The position numbers and the translations under genes were made by a program. Positions 49,201 to 57,609 of a stretch of 64,000 bases of DNA are shown in pieces. How positions within the stretch are numbered: the stretch's first letter is position 1; each line of letters starts with the position of its first letter. The stretch is from contig OY760937.1 in NCBI GenBank assembly GCA_963664225.1, positions 2,048,001 to 2,112,000 of the forward strand. The letters are read 5' to 3'. Below the pieces are notes generated by a model. The model saw only the letters and a program-made list of their open reading frames with translations, searched no databases and was not told the DNA's origin. The stretch is from Verrucomicrobiia bacterium. Lineage in GTDB: Bacteria; Verrucomicrobiota; Verrucomicrobiia; Limisphaerales; UBA1319.

Positions 49201-49401
49201 GGACACGGCGCCGGCGCCGAAGCGCGCCGACCGCTGGGTCTGGCCGTCGTGGGCGGTTTGATGGTGTCCCAGTTACTCACGCTCTACATCACACCGGTCA
49301 TGTATCTATACATGGAGAATTTCCAGGAATGGGTGAAACGCCGATGGGCGCGGCGCAAGGCAAAATCAACTCCCGTGTTGGTGGATTCCCCCGCCGCATA
49401 G
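46294..49401 (+). CDS. RND efflux permease (MdtB/C-like)
   Basis: IRRPVMT, GFVVDDAIVMLENI, GIVKKNAIMMIDF, RFRPIMMTT. Confidence 0.96.
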   Translation: MNLPELCIRRPVMTTLVMAAILLFGTIAYRTLPVSNLPSVDYPTIQVGASLPGASPDTMASSVATPLEKQFSTIAGVDSMSSVSSQGGTQITIQFSLDRDIDAAAQDVQAAIAKATRQLPPDMPAPPSYSKVNPADQPILFLSILSPTLPLSAVDEYAETMMAQRISMVAGVAQVSVYGAQQYAVRIQLDPNKLAARGLGIDEVRQAVSDNNVNMPTGTLNGTHQALVVQADGQLMKSADYQSLIVAYRNGAPVRLQDLGQIKDSVANDKVAGWINESRAITLAIQRQPGVNTVEVVDNIRKLLPDFQAQLPAAVQLGVLYDRSISIRDSVADVKFTLKLTIGLVILVIFLFLRNLSATVIPSLAVPMSLVGTFAVMHLFGYSIDNLSLMALTLCVGFVVDDAIVMLENIVRHIEAGMPPFEAAMQGSREIGFTIISMTLSLAAVFIPVLFMEGIVGRLLHEFAVTIASAVLVSGFVSLTLTPMLCSRFVKSHHGQVKRGRAYEWSESFFDGMRHLYERSLALALHHHRIMLVLSLVLLAATAVLFVKIPKGFFPSEDTGQISGSTECVQGISFNSMREHQVAVNRILAADTNIANFSSSISGGNAGRVMIRLKPRAERQFSADEIIQQLRPKLARIPGLRMYLQNPPAIRMGGMSSKGLYQYTLQSTDTGELYRWAPIIEAGMGQLAGFQDVNSDLLINNPQVNVGIDRDKARALGVTASQIESALYDAYGSRQISTIFTAANEYSVIMELQPEFQQNMEALSQLYIRSSTGQLVQLSTVANITRGVGPMNVSHLGQLPAVTVSFNLAPGVSLGTAVDQVEQMMLDLHVPQTMHGSFQGSAQVFQSSLKGLGVLLIMSILVIYIILGILYESFVHPITILSGLPSAGFGALLTLMLFGIDLNIYAFVGLIMLVGIVKKNAIMMIDFAIDARHQGSTPYDAIFQGCLLRFRPIMMTTMAALMATLPIAMGHGAGAEARRPLGLAVVGGLMVSQLLTLYITPVMYLYMENFQEWVKRRWARRKAKSTPVLVDSPAA

Positions 49402-49514
49402 TTTTTTCGATGCAAGTATTTTGACCTGGACCTGATAACTGCCCGTGCGCGTTTCGAACGGCGGACTCTGTAAAAAGACTTTGCAAGCGTGGTTGAAGTC
49501 GCTAAGTTGCCTCC

Positions 49515-50840
49515 ATGTCAAACCAAATCAACCGTCGCCGTTTTCTGGCCCAGTCCACCACCGCTGCCCTCGCAGCCCCGTTCTTCGGGGCGATCCTCGT
49601 GCCCGGAGCAAGCGGTGAGGCGGCCGCGAGCGAAAAAATCCGGCTCGGTGTCATCGGATGCGGGGGCATGGGCATGGGCGATTTGGAAACCTTTTTCCTC
49701 AACCCGGAAGTGGAGTGCACCATGTTGTGCGACGTGGACGACGCTCAATTGGCCAAAGGGACTGCCGTGGTCGAGGGCAAACGCGGGAAGAAACCTCAAA
49801 CGGTCAAGGATTTCCGGCGAGTCTTGGACAGTAAAGAGGTGGACGTGGTGCTCATTGCCACGCCGGATCATTGGCACGCGCTGCCCACCGTGTTGGGCTG
49901 CCAGGCGGGCAAGGATATCTATGTGGAGAAACCGCTCGCCACGACCATCGCCGAAGGCCGCGCCATGGTCGAAGCGGCGCGCCAGCATCGTAATATCGTG
50001 CAAATGGGTGCCCATCGCCGGAGCAGTCCAACCTATGCCCAGGCGGTCGAGTTCGTGCGCTCAGGTAAATTGGGCAAGGTCGGACTCGTGCGGGCATGGG
50101 CTTATTTGGATTGGGTGGAGCCCATTGGTTTTAAACCCGATGGCGATCCGCCGACGGGTGTGGATTATGATTTTTGGCTGGGACCCGCGCCAAAACGCCC
50201 CTTCAATCCCAATCGATTCCATTTCAACTTCCGCTGGTTTTGGGATTATGCGGGCGGCCTGATGACCGACTGGGGCGTGCACCTGCTTCAGGTATTGCTT
50301 TGGGGCATGGGATCCGAACCGCCGAAAGCAGTGTTTTCGAGCGGTGGAAAATATGTGCTCCAGGATAATTCCGAAACCCCAGACACACAGACCACCGTCT
50401 ATGAGTTCCCCAGTTACACCATGGTTTGGGAGCATAGGGTGGGCATTGCTCTGGGCCTTTACAACCGCCCGTGGGGAATGGCATTCATTGGCACGGAAGG
50501 CACCCTGATTATCAATGACGAGGGATGTCAAATTCTGCGGGAACCGAGAAAGGACAGCCTGGAACCCCAAAAATTCGCACCAGGTGTCGATCCGCGTCCC
50601 GCCCATGTGCGCAATTTTCTGGACCGCGTCAAATCACGACAACAACCCGTGGAAAACCTGGAAGTGGGACATCACATTTCGACGGTGGCCCATCTGGGCA
50701 ATATCGCGTTGCGCTCCGGCCGTAAAATCGTTTGGGACCATACGCAGGAACAGGTCGTGGGCGATCCGGATGCCAACCGGCTGGTCTCGGTCAAATACCG
50801 TGATCCCTGGAAATTGCCTTATCTCAAAGAACGCAGCTGA
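49515..50840 (+). CDS. Tat-exported Gfo/Idh/MocA oxidoreductase
   Basis: NRRRFL signal, GVIGCGGMG, ATPDHWH, YVEKP, DWGVH. Confidence 0.93.
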   Translation: MSNQINRRRFLAQSTTAALAAPFFGAILVPGASGEAAASEKIRLGVIGCGGMGMGDLETFFLNPEVECTMLCDVDDAQLAKGTAVVEGKRGKKPQTVKDFRRVLDSKEVDVVLIATPDHWHALPTVLGCQAGKDIYVEKPLATTIAEGRAMVEAARQHRNIVQMGAHRRSSPTYAQAVEFVRSGKLGKVGLVRAWAYLDWVEPIGFKPDGDPPTGVDYDFWLGPAPKRPFNPNRFHFNFRWFWDYAGGLMTDWGVHLLQVLLWGMGSEPPKAVFSSGGKYVLQDNSETPDTQTTVYEFPSYTMVWEHRVGIALGLYNRPWGMAFIGTEGTLIINDEGCQILREPRKDSLEPQKFAPGVDPRPAHVRNFLDRVKSRQQPVENLEVGHHISTVAHLGNIALRSGRKIVWDHTQEQVVGDPDANRLVSVKYRDPWKLPYLKERS

Positions 50841-50942
50841 CAGGTTGTCGGGATTTACGGCGGTTGAATTTGCGGATAATGCGCTTGGCAAAAGCTTGGG
50901 GCGTTCTACCATTCGGTCAGACGAATCAACCTATTGACCGAT

Positions 50943-52334
50943 ATGGCCCTGACCATCGACACCCGCCTTGCGACCCGCGATCTTGTGCCCGCGCTCAATC
51001 GCGTTTTTGAACTCTCCGCTGATAAAATCGCCAGCCTGCACAAGTCATGGAAACCGGAGCGCGGCGCCCCGGTGTTCACCGTTGGAGGGCAATACACCGC
51101 GCGGGGCTGGACGGATTGGACCGCCGGATTCCAGCACGGCTCCGAGCTTCTGCAATATGACGCGACGGGCGAGGAACGGTTCCTGGAAATGGGCCGCACC
51201 GCCACGATTCGCCAGATGCCCTCCCATGTGTCGAACATGGGGGTGCATGACCACGGGTTCAACATCATCTCCACCTATGGCAACCTTTGGCGGTTGATGA
51301 AGGAGAGTCAGATCGAGCGCAACGATCGCGAACTGCAGGTGTATGAGCTGGCGCTCAAAGTTTCCGGCGCGGTGCAATCCACACGTTGGACCGCACTGGC
51401 CGGTGGCGGCGGTTTCATTTATTCCTTCAACGGCCCTCATTCGTTATTCATCGACACCATGCGCTCGTTGCGCTCGCTGGCCATGGCCCACACCCTGGGG
51501 CATGCCCTGATGGGGGAGAACGGCCGGCGAATCTGCCTCCTTCAACGCCTTGTGGAACATGCCGCAGCCACGGCCCGTTATGCGGTGTATTATGGCGAGG
51601 GCCGCGATATCTATGACGTTCGGGGCCGCGTGGCTCAGGAAACCCTGTTCAACGCCAATGACGGTTCCCATCGGTGCCCGTCCACTCAGCAGGGCTACTC
51701 CCCTTTCACCACATGGACGCGTGGGCTGGCCTGGGGAATCTGTGGATTTGCCGAGCAGCTCGAATTTTTGGAAACCCTGTCCGATGCCGTTCTCGAACCG
51801 CTCGGCGGTCGCAAAGAGATTGTCGCCATGTTTTTAAAGGCGGCCACCGCCATGGCCGATTATTACATCGCCAGCTCACCCGTGTGCGGCATTCCTTATT
51901 GGGATACCGGCGCGCCCAATTTACATCGCCTGGGAGATTATCTGGAGCGCCCCGCGGATCCATTCAACCCCTGGGAGCCGGTCGATAGCTCGGCGGCAGC
52001 GGTCGCCGCGCAAGGTTTGCTGCGCCTGGGAAACCATTTGAATCGTAATGGCCAATCGAAAGCGGGCCGGCGTTATCGTCAGGCGGGATTGACCGTCGCC
52101 CGCACCCTGTTTGTGGAACCTTATCTTTCAGTCCAAAGCAAACACCAGGGGCTGCTACTGCATTCGGTTTATCACCGGCCCAACGGATGGGATCGCACGG
52201 CCCCGGGGCAGGCGGTACCCAACGGCGAAAGCTCGATGTGGGGGGATTACCATGCCCGCGAACTGGCGTTGATGTTGCTGCGGGAGGCTGGCGAGGAACC
52301 GCCGCTCGTTTTCTTTGGCGCTTCTGAAAAGTGA
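50943..52334 (+). CDS. Glycoside hydrolase family 88-like (unsaturated glucuronyl hydrolase fold)
   Basis: WTAGF, HDHGF, IDTM, QGYS...TWTRGLAW, YWD, DSSA, WGDY. Confidence 0.82.
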   Translation: MALTIDTRLATRDLVPALNRVFELSADKIASLHKSWKPERGAPVFTVGGQYTARGWTDWTAGFQHGSELLQYDATGEERFLEMGRTATIRQMPSHVSNMGVHDHGFNIISTYGNLWRLMKESQIERNDRELQVYELALKVSGAVQSTRWTALAGGGGFIYSFNGPHSLFIDTMRSLRSLAMAHTLGHALMGENGRRICLLQRLVEHAAATARYAVYYGEGRDIYDVRGRVAQETLFNANDGSHRCPSTQQGYSPFTTWTRGLAWGICGFAEQLEFLETLSDAVLEPLGGRKEIVAMFLKAATAMADYYIASSPVCGIPYWDTGAPNLHRLGDYLERPADPFNPWEPVDSSAAAVAAQGLLRLGNHLNRNGQSKAGRRYRQAGLTVARTLFVEPYLSVQSKHQGLLLHSVYHRPNGWDRTAPGQAVPNGESSMWGDYHARELALMLLREAGEEPPLVFFGASEK

Positions 52335-52349
52335 TTCATTGCGCGCATC

Positions 52350-53834
52350 ATGAGCCCCATTCCATCCAAAGTCACCCGGATCGCCTCGCTGAAAACGGTC
52401 GGGGATTTTCGTCAGCACCTCGCATCGCTGGGTCTGGATTTGCCGTGTGATGAAACGATTCTGACGCGGGACACTTCTCCATTGGCTAAGCCGCTGCCGC
52501 AAACTCCGATCAACGGAAAAATAATCTCCAACAGGATCGCCATTCAGCCCATGGAGGGCTGGGACGGTTTGATCGACGGGGTGCTATCTGAAGAAGTTCA
52601 ACGGCGCTGGAGGCATTTTGGGGAAAGCGGCGCGGGTTTGATTTTTGGAGGCGAAGCCATGGCGGTGCGGCCCGATGGACGCGCCAATCCGTATCAGCTC
52701 CTTTGCACGCAGGACCAGATTGGCAACCTGGCGCGACTGCGCGAACAACTGGCGGAGGCCCACCGCGCCCGGTATGGGAGCGCGGAATCTCTGGTGATTG
52801 GCTTTCAACTCACGCATTCGGGGCGGTTCGCCAAACCCAACGACTCCTTCCGAGCGGAGCCCCGTATCGCCTACCGGCATCCGCTGCTCGACCAGCGCGT
52901 CGGCATAACCAGTAACGCGGCGGTGTTATCGGATGCTGAAATGGACGCGTTGATGGGCGACTACGCCGAGGCTGCCGCGGTGGCTGAGGAAGCTGGTGCT
53001 GATTTTGTCGATATCAAGCACTGCCATGGTTACCTGTTGCATGAATTTCTGAGCGCCTTCAATCGTCCGGGCAAGTACGGCGGATCCTTTGAAAACCGGA
53101 CGCGGCCCCTGCGCGAAATCGTAAGCGCCATTCGCGCGCGGGGAGTGAAGATCGATCTGGCGGTGCGCTTGAGCGCGTTTGATCTGATCCCGTTCCATCC
53201 CGATCCCTCCCTTTCGCAACCCGGGCGTCCCGGTCCGGGGATTCCAGTAGATTACTCCCGACTGGTGCCCTATCGTTGGGCGTTTGGCGTGAATCCGAGT
53301 AACCCTCTTGAATACGACTTGAGCGAGCCGCTGAAGTTCGTGGAACTCTGCGGCGCGCTGGGGGTGAAGTTGCTCAATGTGAGCGGTGGTTCGCCCTATT
53401 ACAACCCGCACGTTCAGCGGCCTGCGGCCTATCCGCCCTCCGATGGCTATCAACCGCCCAACGATCCGTTGATCGATGTCGCCCGCCAGCTTGAGGTGAC
53501 ACGCCGCATCAAGTCGGGCGCGCCCAATGGGATGATCGTCATTGGCTCCTGTTACAGCTATTTACAGGAATACCTGCCGCATGTGGCGCAGGCGGTGATT
53601 CGGGCTGGATGGACCGACATGGTGGGCATGGGCCGCGCCGTGCTCAGTTACCCCACGATGCTTGCGGATGCCTTGGGAGTTGGGACGCTGAATGCGAAGG
53701 CGATCTGCCGCACTTTCAGCGACTGCACGACCGCGCCAAGACATGGAATGAAGAGCGGATGCTATCCCCTGGATCCGTTTTATGCGGCACGGCAGGACTT
53801 CAAGGATTGGAAGAAACTCGGACGAAGGAAATGA
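52350..53834 (+). CDS. NADH:flavin oxidoreductase (Old Yellow Enzyme-like)
   Basis: NRIAIQPMEG, QLTHSGR, HGYLLHEFLS, YGGSFENRTR. Confidence 0.88.
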   Translation: MSPIPSKVTRIASLKTVGDFRQHLASLGLDLPCDETILTRDTSPLAKPLPQTPINGKIISNRIAIQPMEGWDGLIDGVLSEEVQRRWRHFGESGAGLIFGGEAMAVRPDGRANPYQLLCTQDQIGNLARLREQLAEAHRARYGSAESLVIGFQLTHSGRFAKPNDSFRAEPRIAYRHPLLDQRVGITSNAAVLSDAEMDALMGDYAEAAAVAEEAGADFVDIKHCHGYLLHEFLSAFNRPGKYGGSFENRTRPLREIVSAIRARGVKIDLAVRLSAFDLIPFHPDPSLSQPGRPGPGIPVDYSRLVPYRWAFGVNPSNPLEYDLSEPLKFVELCGALGVKLLNVSGGSPYYNPHVQRPAAYPPSDGYQPPNDPLIDVARQLEVTRRIKSGAPNGMIVIGSCYSYLQEYLPHVAQAVIRAGWTDMVGMGRAVLSYPTMLADALGVGTLNAKAICRTFSDCTTAPRHGMKSGCYPLDPFYAARQDFKDWKKLGRRK

Positions 53835-53840
53835 CCACGC

Positions 53841-54317
53841 CTACGGCTTTGCCGGCGTCAGAGGTGTCATTGGCGTTAACGGCGCATTGGTGCGGCCAGG
53901 CGATTGGCCACGCTTGTTTTCAGCGGGACGATCCTTGCGCTCGGCGCGGCCATGGATCAATTCCTCGAAAACCTTCTTCTGATCGTCGTTAAGCTGGGCT
54001 AGTATCCGCTGGTTGGTGGCCTTGTATTCTTCACGAGCCTCCGGAGCGACGCGGCTCCAGATGGCCTTCATGCGGTTCTGGCTGTCGCTCAGGATTTGCT
54101 CTATTTCCTGATGCTGCGCGGGGGTCAGGGCAATGTGCCGTTCAAGACGTTTCAGGAGGTCGGCGCGCTGGTTCCAGCCGGGTCCGGAATTCATGGTGGC
54201 TTTAAACATGCGGGCGCGATGGTGATCCTCGTAGATCTTGACGGCCAGACCTCCACTGACCGCGCCGGTGCAAAAAAGCACCACAGCCGCGAGGATGGTC
54301 ATCCAGATTTTCACCAA
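53841..54317 (-). CDS. Helical periplasmic protein (Spy/CpxP/ZraP-like) in ECF operon
   Basis: N-terminal hydrophobic segment; LTPAQ and LNDDQK (LTxxQ-like) motifs. Confidence 0.7.
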   Translation of the reverse strand: MVKIWMTILAAVVLFCTGAVSGGLAVKIYEDHHRARMFKATMNSGPGWNQRADLLKRLERHIALTPAQHQEIEQILSDSQNRMKAIWSRVAPEAREEYKATNQRILAQLNDDQKKVFEELIHGRAERKDRPAENKRGQSPGRTNAPLTPMTPLTPAKP

Positions 54318-54613
54318 CCCTCCCCTCCCTGATCGATCGCGGCGAGCATCGTGTCTTCGATGTCATTTTGCAGCGCCGCATGGGTGGAGTTTGAGGACGA
54401 ATAAAGGCTGAAACCTCCCAGCAAGAGGGTCAAGGCCAGGCAGGGCACTGCGGCGCGCCAGAACTGCCGCGACCATAAGCCCCACATATCGAGAGGCGCC
54501 GCATTAGCCAGGCGCGCCATGATCCGTTTTTCAAAGGCGTAAGGCACAGTCTCGCCGGGGCTGGAAGCCCTGGCGGCGGCCATTAATTTATTTTCCAAAT
54601 CGCTAATGTTCAT
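54311..54613 (-). CDS. Putative anti-sigma factor (single TM)
   Basis: VPYAFEKRIMARL followed by a TM helix; directly after the ECF sigma gene. Confidence 0.7.
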   Translation of the reverse strand: MNISDLENKLMAAARASSPGETVPYAFEKRIMARLANAAPLDMWGLWSRQFWRAAVPCLALTLLLGGFSLYSSSNSTHAALQNDIEDTMLAAIDQGGEGW

Positions 54614-54653
54614 ACGCGCTCCAACTAAACAGACGTCCTCTTCGAGGCACTGG

Positions 54654-55244
54654 TTACAGATTCGTTTGTTTGAGCAGTTTTTCCACGATTTTTCGCATTT
54701 CTCTTCGGGCCCGGAAGGCGCGGACCTTGACCAGTGGCACGGACCAGCCGGTGAGTTCGGCGATCTCCTTGACCGGGCGCTCCTCGATTTCGAGCAACGT
54801 CAGCACCAGACGGGCGGGCGCCGGGAGCATTGCCAGGGCGCGCTGAACCAATTCGCGGGCTCCGGTATCCTCCGGTTTGGCTTGCGCCGAGTCCTGAACG
54901 CATCGTTCGAGCCACGAATGCTCCTCCGTGGTCAATTCCGTCAGGATGGTTTCGCGGCTGCGTTGGTGGACTCGGAGGAAATCATAGCAGGTGCGCACGG
55001 CCAGTTTCATCAGCCAATGCTCGAATGGAGCCTCGCCCCGGTAACTGCTCAACCTCTGGAAAGCCTTGATAAAGACCTCCTGCACAATGTCTTCGACCTC
55101 GCTCTCCCTCCGGGCATAACGACGGGCCGTGCCAAAGATACGCGGCTGGTACTTGGCGATCAATGGCTCAAACGAAGCCGTATCGCCGTTGAGAACGGCG
55201 GCGATCAACACCGAATCCTGCTCCATGGCCGCCGGGTCTTGCAT
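54654..55244 (-). CDS. ECF RNA polymerase sigma factor
   Basis: EDIVQEVFIKAF, FEHWL, region 4 VKEIAELTGWSVPLVKVRAFRAR. Confidence 0.93.
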   Translation of the reverse strand: MQDPAAMEQDSVLIAAVLNGDTASFEPLIAKYQPRIFGTARRYARRESEVEDIVQEVFIKAFQRLSSYRGEAPFEHWLMKLAVRTCYDFLRVHQRSRETILTELTTEEHSWLERCVQDSAQAKPEDTGARELVQRALAMLPAPARLVLTLLEIEERPVKEIAELTGWSVPLVKVRAFRARREMRKIVEKLLKQTNL

Positions 55245-55270
55245 GTATTCTGATGCGCCGTTTATTTTAA

Positions 55271-57245
55271 GTAGAGTAGGCGAAATGGACGGATTGAATG
55301 GCCGTGGCCAATGACCGTCGCATTTCGCCCCTCATCGAACCGGACAGGCGGTTTTCCCGCATCCGGCTCTCCGGGGATCATACGTTGCATCGCTTCGACG
55401 TCATCGTTTCCATGCCGCATATTCCGGCATTTGGTATAAACCATAACGCTCATAGAGATCCTCCTTGGGGTATGTGGACCATTGCGCCCGACTACATCCG
55501 TGTTTGCGCCACAACCATCGTTGTAACTTGCTGCTGACGTATTCGTTCATCTGGCCCATCACCTTGGTGCTGTTCCCGTAGTGAAAGTAACCCTTCCAAC
55601 CTTTGAGTTTCTTGTTGAGCTCGGGAATCACCTCTCCGATATCACGCCATAGCGTGCTTCGGTTGAGTTTCTCCCGAATCCCGTCTCGAAACTTCTTCTG
55701 GCTCTTGGGATGGGGTTCCACATGCGGATATTTCCATTTCCCCTTCCCCTGTCGCATTGTTAGCGCGAATCCCAAGAATTTGATGCCATCCTGGCGGAGG
55801 TCCACCAAGCGGGTCTTCTTCTCGTTGAGCACTAACTCGCGTTGCTTCAGCCATCGTTCCAGTCGTTCCATCAGTTCCCGTCCCTGCCCCGGCTGTCCGA
55901 GTATCACGAAATCATCCGCGTATCTCACCATCACGGGTTTGAGTTCGCAGCGTTCGTTGACTTCCCAATCCAACTGGTTGAGGTATGCATTGGCTAAAAT
56001 CGGCGATACAACCCCGCCTTGCGGAGTCCCCCGTCGATTCTGACCTTGCCCCCCCTTTGTCCCGCCTTTCCCTGTGTCGCTTTGCGGTTCATTCACGGGC
56101 GCGCGCAGCCATCCTGCGATCAGCTTGAGAATTGTTCCATCGCTGACCCGCTTGGCCACTATGCGCAACAAACGCCTGTGGGGAATGCTGTCAAAATACC
56201 CGCTTAAGTCCGCGTCTATAACTTCGACGCGTCCTGTCAGCGTAGCCTTCTTGATCGCCTCCATTGCTTGGTGGGCATTGCGTTTGGGATGATAGGCGTA
56301 ACTGTTCGGATGACTATCGGCTTCCAGAATCGGCAGCAATACAATCACCACCGCTGTCTGCACCACCCGGTCTTTCACTGTCGGGATGCCCAGGGGTCGC
56401 AGCTTCCCGTCTCCTTTTGGTATATACACACGCTTCACCGGGCTTGGCCGATACTTCTTCGTGCGTAACTCCTCCAGCAGTTGGTTCCGCCATTGGTCCC
56501 AGGCTTCGTCGCTGGCAAGATAGACGTCGCATGTCTGCCCGTCGATCCCAGCCGCGCCATTGTTGTGCGCCACGGAGGCCATTGCCGTTTCCAGCACGTC
56601 CTTCCGCAGCAGTTCTCCGTAGAGGCTGTAAAACCGATACTTCGGCTCAGCCTTGGCTTTGCAATATAGCGCTCGCTGCAGCTTTTGAACTTTTATCGGG
56701 GTTGTTATCCGTTGAAAAAGTGTTTCCACTCCCTCAAGGCCATCTCCCTGTCCCTCGCTGTTTTGATTCGCTTCGATCCAAGTGCCTTCCCTTGGCTCCG
56801 CCGGGGTTTTGGTCGCCCCAGCTTCTTCGCTACTATGGAAGACTCCGACTTCTCTGGCTGCCCGTGCGGCCTCGGAGGGTGTTCCTCCTTGCACCGGCGG
56901 TTGAGGCTTTATCGCCCCGCCTCCAGAGATCTCCCAGCTTACCTTGGTTTCCCTTCCTGTCGTGTCGCCCTCGCTGACTCCGCCGGAATCAACAGCGCCC
57001 ATTTGACGATTTGATGACGCCGCGTTTCTGCCTTCGCCGTTCGGGTAGCGGCTCGGCTTACCGGTTATTTCGGTTTCGGAGCTCATTTGATGAGGTTTAC
57101 TTTCGTTACGACCCGACAGTTCTTTCAGCGTCCCGCTTGTGGTTCGGCCTCACGGCCTCGTCCCGGACGCTGCATTTCGGTCGTGAACCGTCTAATTCGA
57201 CCGGCGGGACTTTCACCCACGAGGCTACCAATTTCACTGGCGCAC
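55271..57245 (-). mobile_element. Group II intron, copy 2 (1,975 nt)
   Basis: Same ends, domains V/VI and translated ORF as copy 1, at a constant offset of 39,809 nt. Confidence 0.96.
55401..56729 (-). CDS. ltrA: Group II intron reverse transcriptase/maturase, copy 2 (start uncertain)
   Basis: Translation identical to copy 1; YADD; no endonuclease domain. Confidence 0.93.
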   Translation of the reverse strand: METLFQRITTPIKVQKLQRALYCKAKAEPKYRFYSLYGELLRKDVLETAMASVAHNNGAAGIDGQTCDVYLASDEAWDQWRNQLLEELRTKKYRPSPVKRVYIPKGDGKLRPLGIPTVKDRVVQTAVVIVLLPILEADSHPNSYAYHPKRNAHQAMEAIKKATLTGRVEVIDADLSGYFDSIPHRRLLRIVAKRVSDGTILKLIAGWLRAPVNEPQSDTGKGGTKGGQGQNRRGTPQGGVVSPILANAYLNQLDWEVNERCELKPVMVRYADDFVILGQPGQGRELMERLERWLKQRELVLNEKKTRLVDLRQDGIKFLGFALTMRQGKGKWKYPHVEPHPKSQKKFRDGIREKLNRSTLWRDIGEVIPELNKKLKGWKGYFHYGNSTKVMGQMNEYVSSKLQRWLWRKHGCSRAQWSTYPKEDLYERYGLYQMPEYAAWKR

Positions 57246-57409
57246 ACCCGAAATCCGAAATAGGAACGGCCCATCTGACGCAATCATTTGGCCATCCATG
57301 GTTTGAAACCGGCTGTGGAGTATTGATTTAATACACCTTCGCCGATTGCAAATCATGGCTGTCTCAAAGCATTGCATCGTCTTGACCATTCTTATTTCGG
57401 ATTTCGGGT
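57246..57409. repeat. 164-bp foldback (MITE/REPIN-like) element, the target of intron copy 2
   Basis: Perfect 17-bp terminal inverted repeat ACCCGAAATCCGAAATA / TATTTCGGATTTCGGGT; pairing continues in register to a central GTATT/AATAC. Confidence 0.85.
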
Positions 57410-57609
57410 TAAAACAAAAACAGGACGCATCCCGCCCTGAATTTATTCAGGATGAGGTCCTTATACTCCGATTGTGATCCGCAACCAATCCCATTGTCAC
57501 GGCATTCACCGTTTGTGCATTCAAGCAGATTAACACCGCTCTCGGTCAAAAGTATCGCCTGCGCCTGCCCCAAACCCGCATGCAGCCAACGCCTTCCGCA
57601 AAAACATTC

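Noticed and set aside
55244..57330. Intron interrupting the sigma factor coding sequence
   Set aside because: In-silico splicing extends the frame upstream (...PISDFGFKINGASEYM) but reaches a TAA with no ATG/GTG/TTG start, so the insertion is non-coding.
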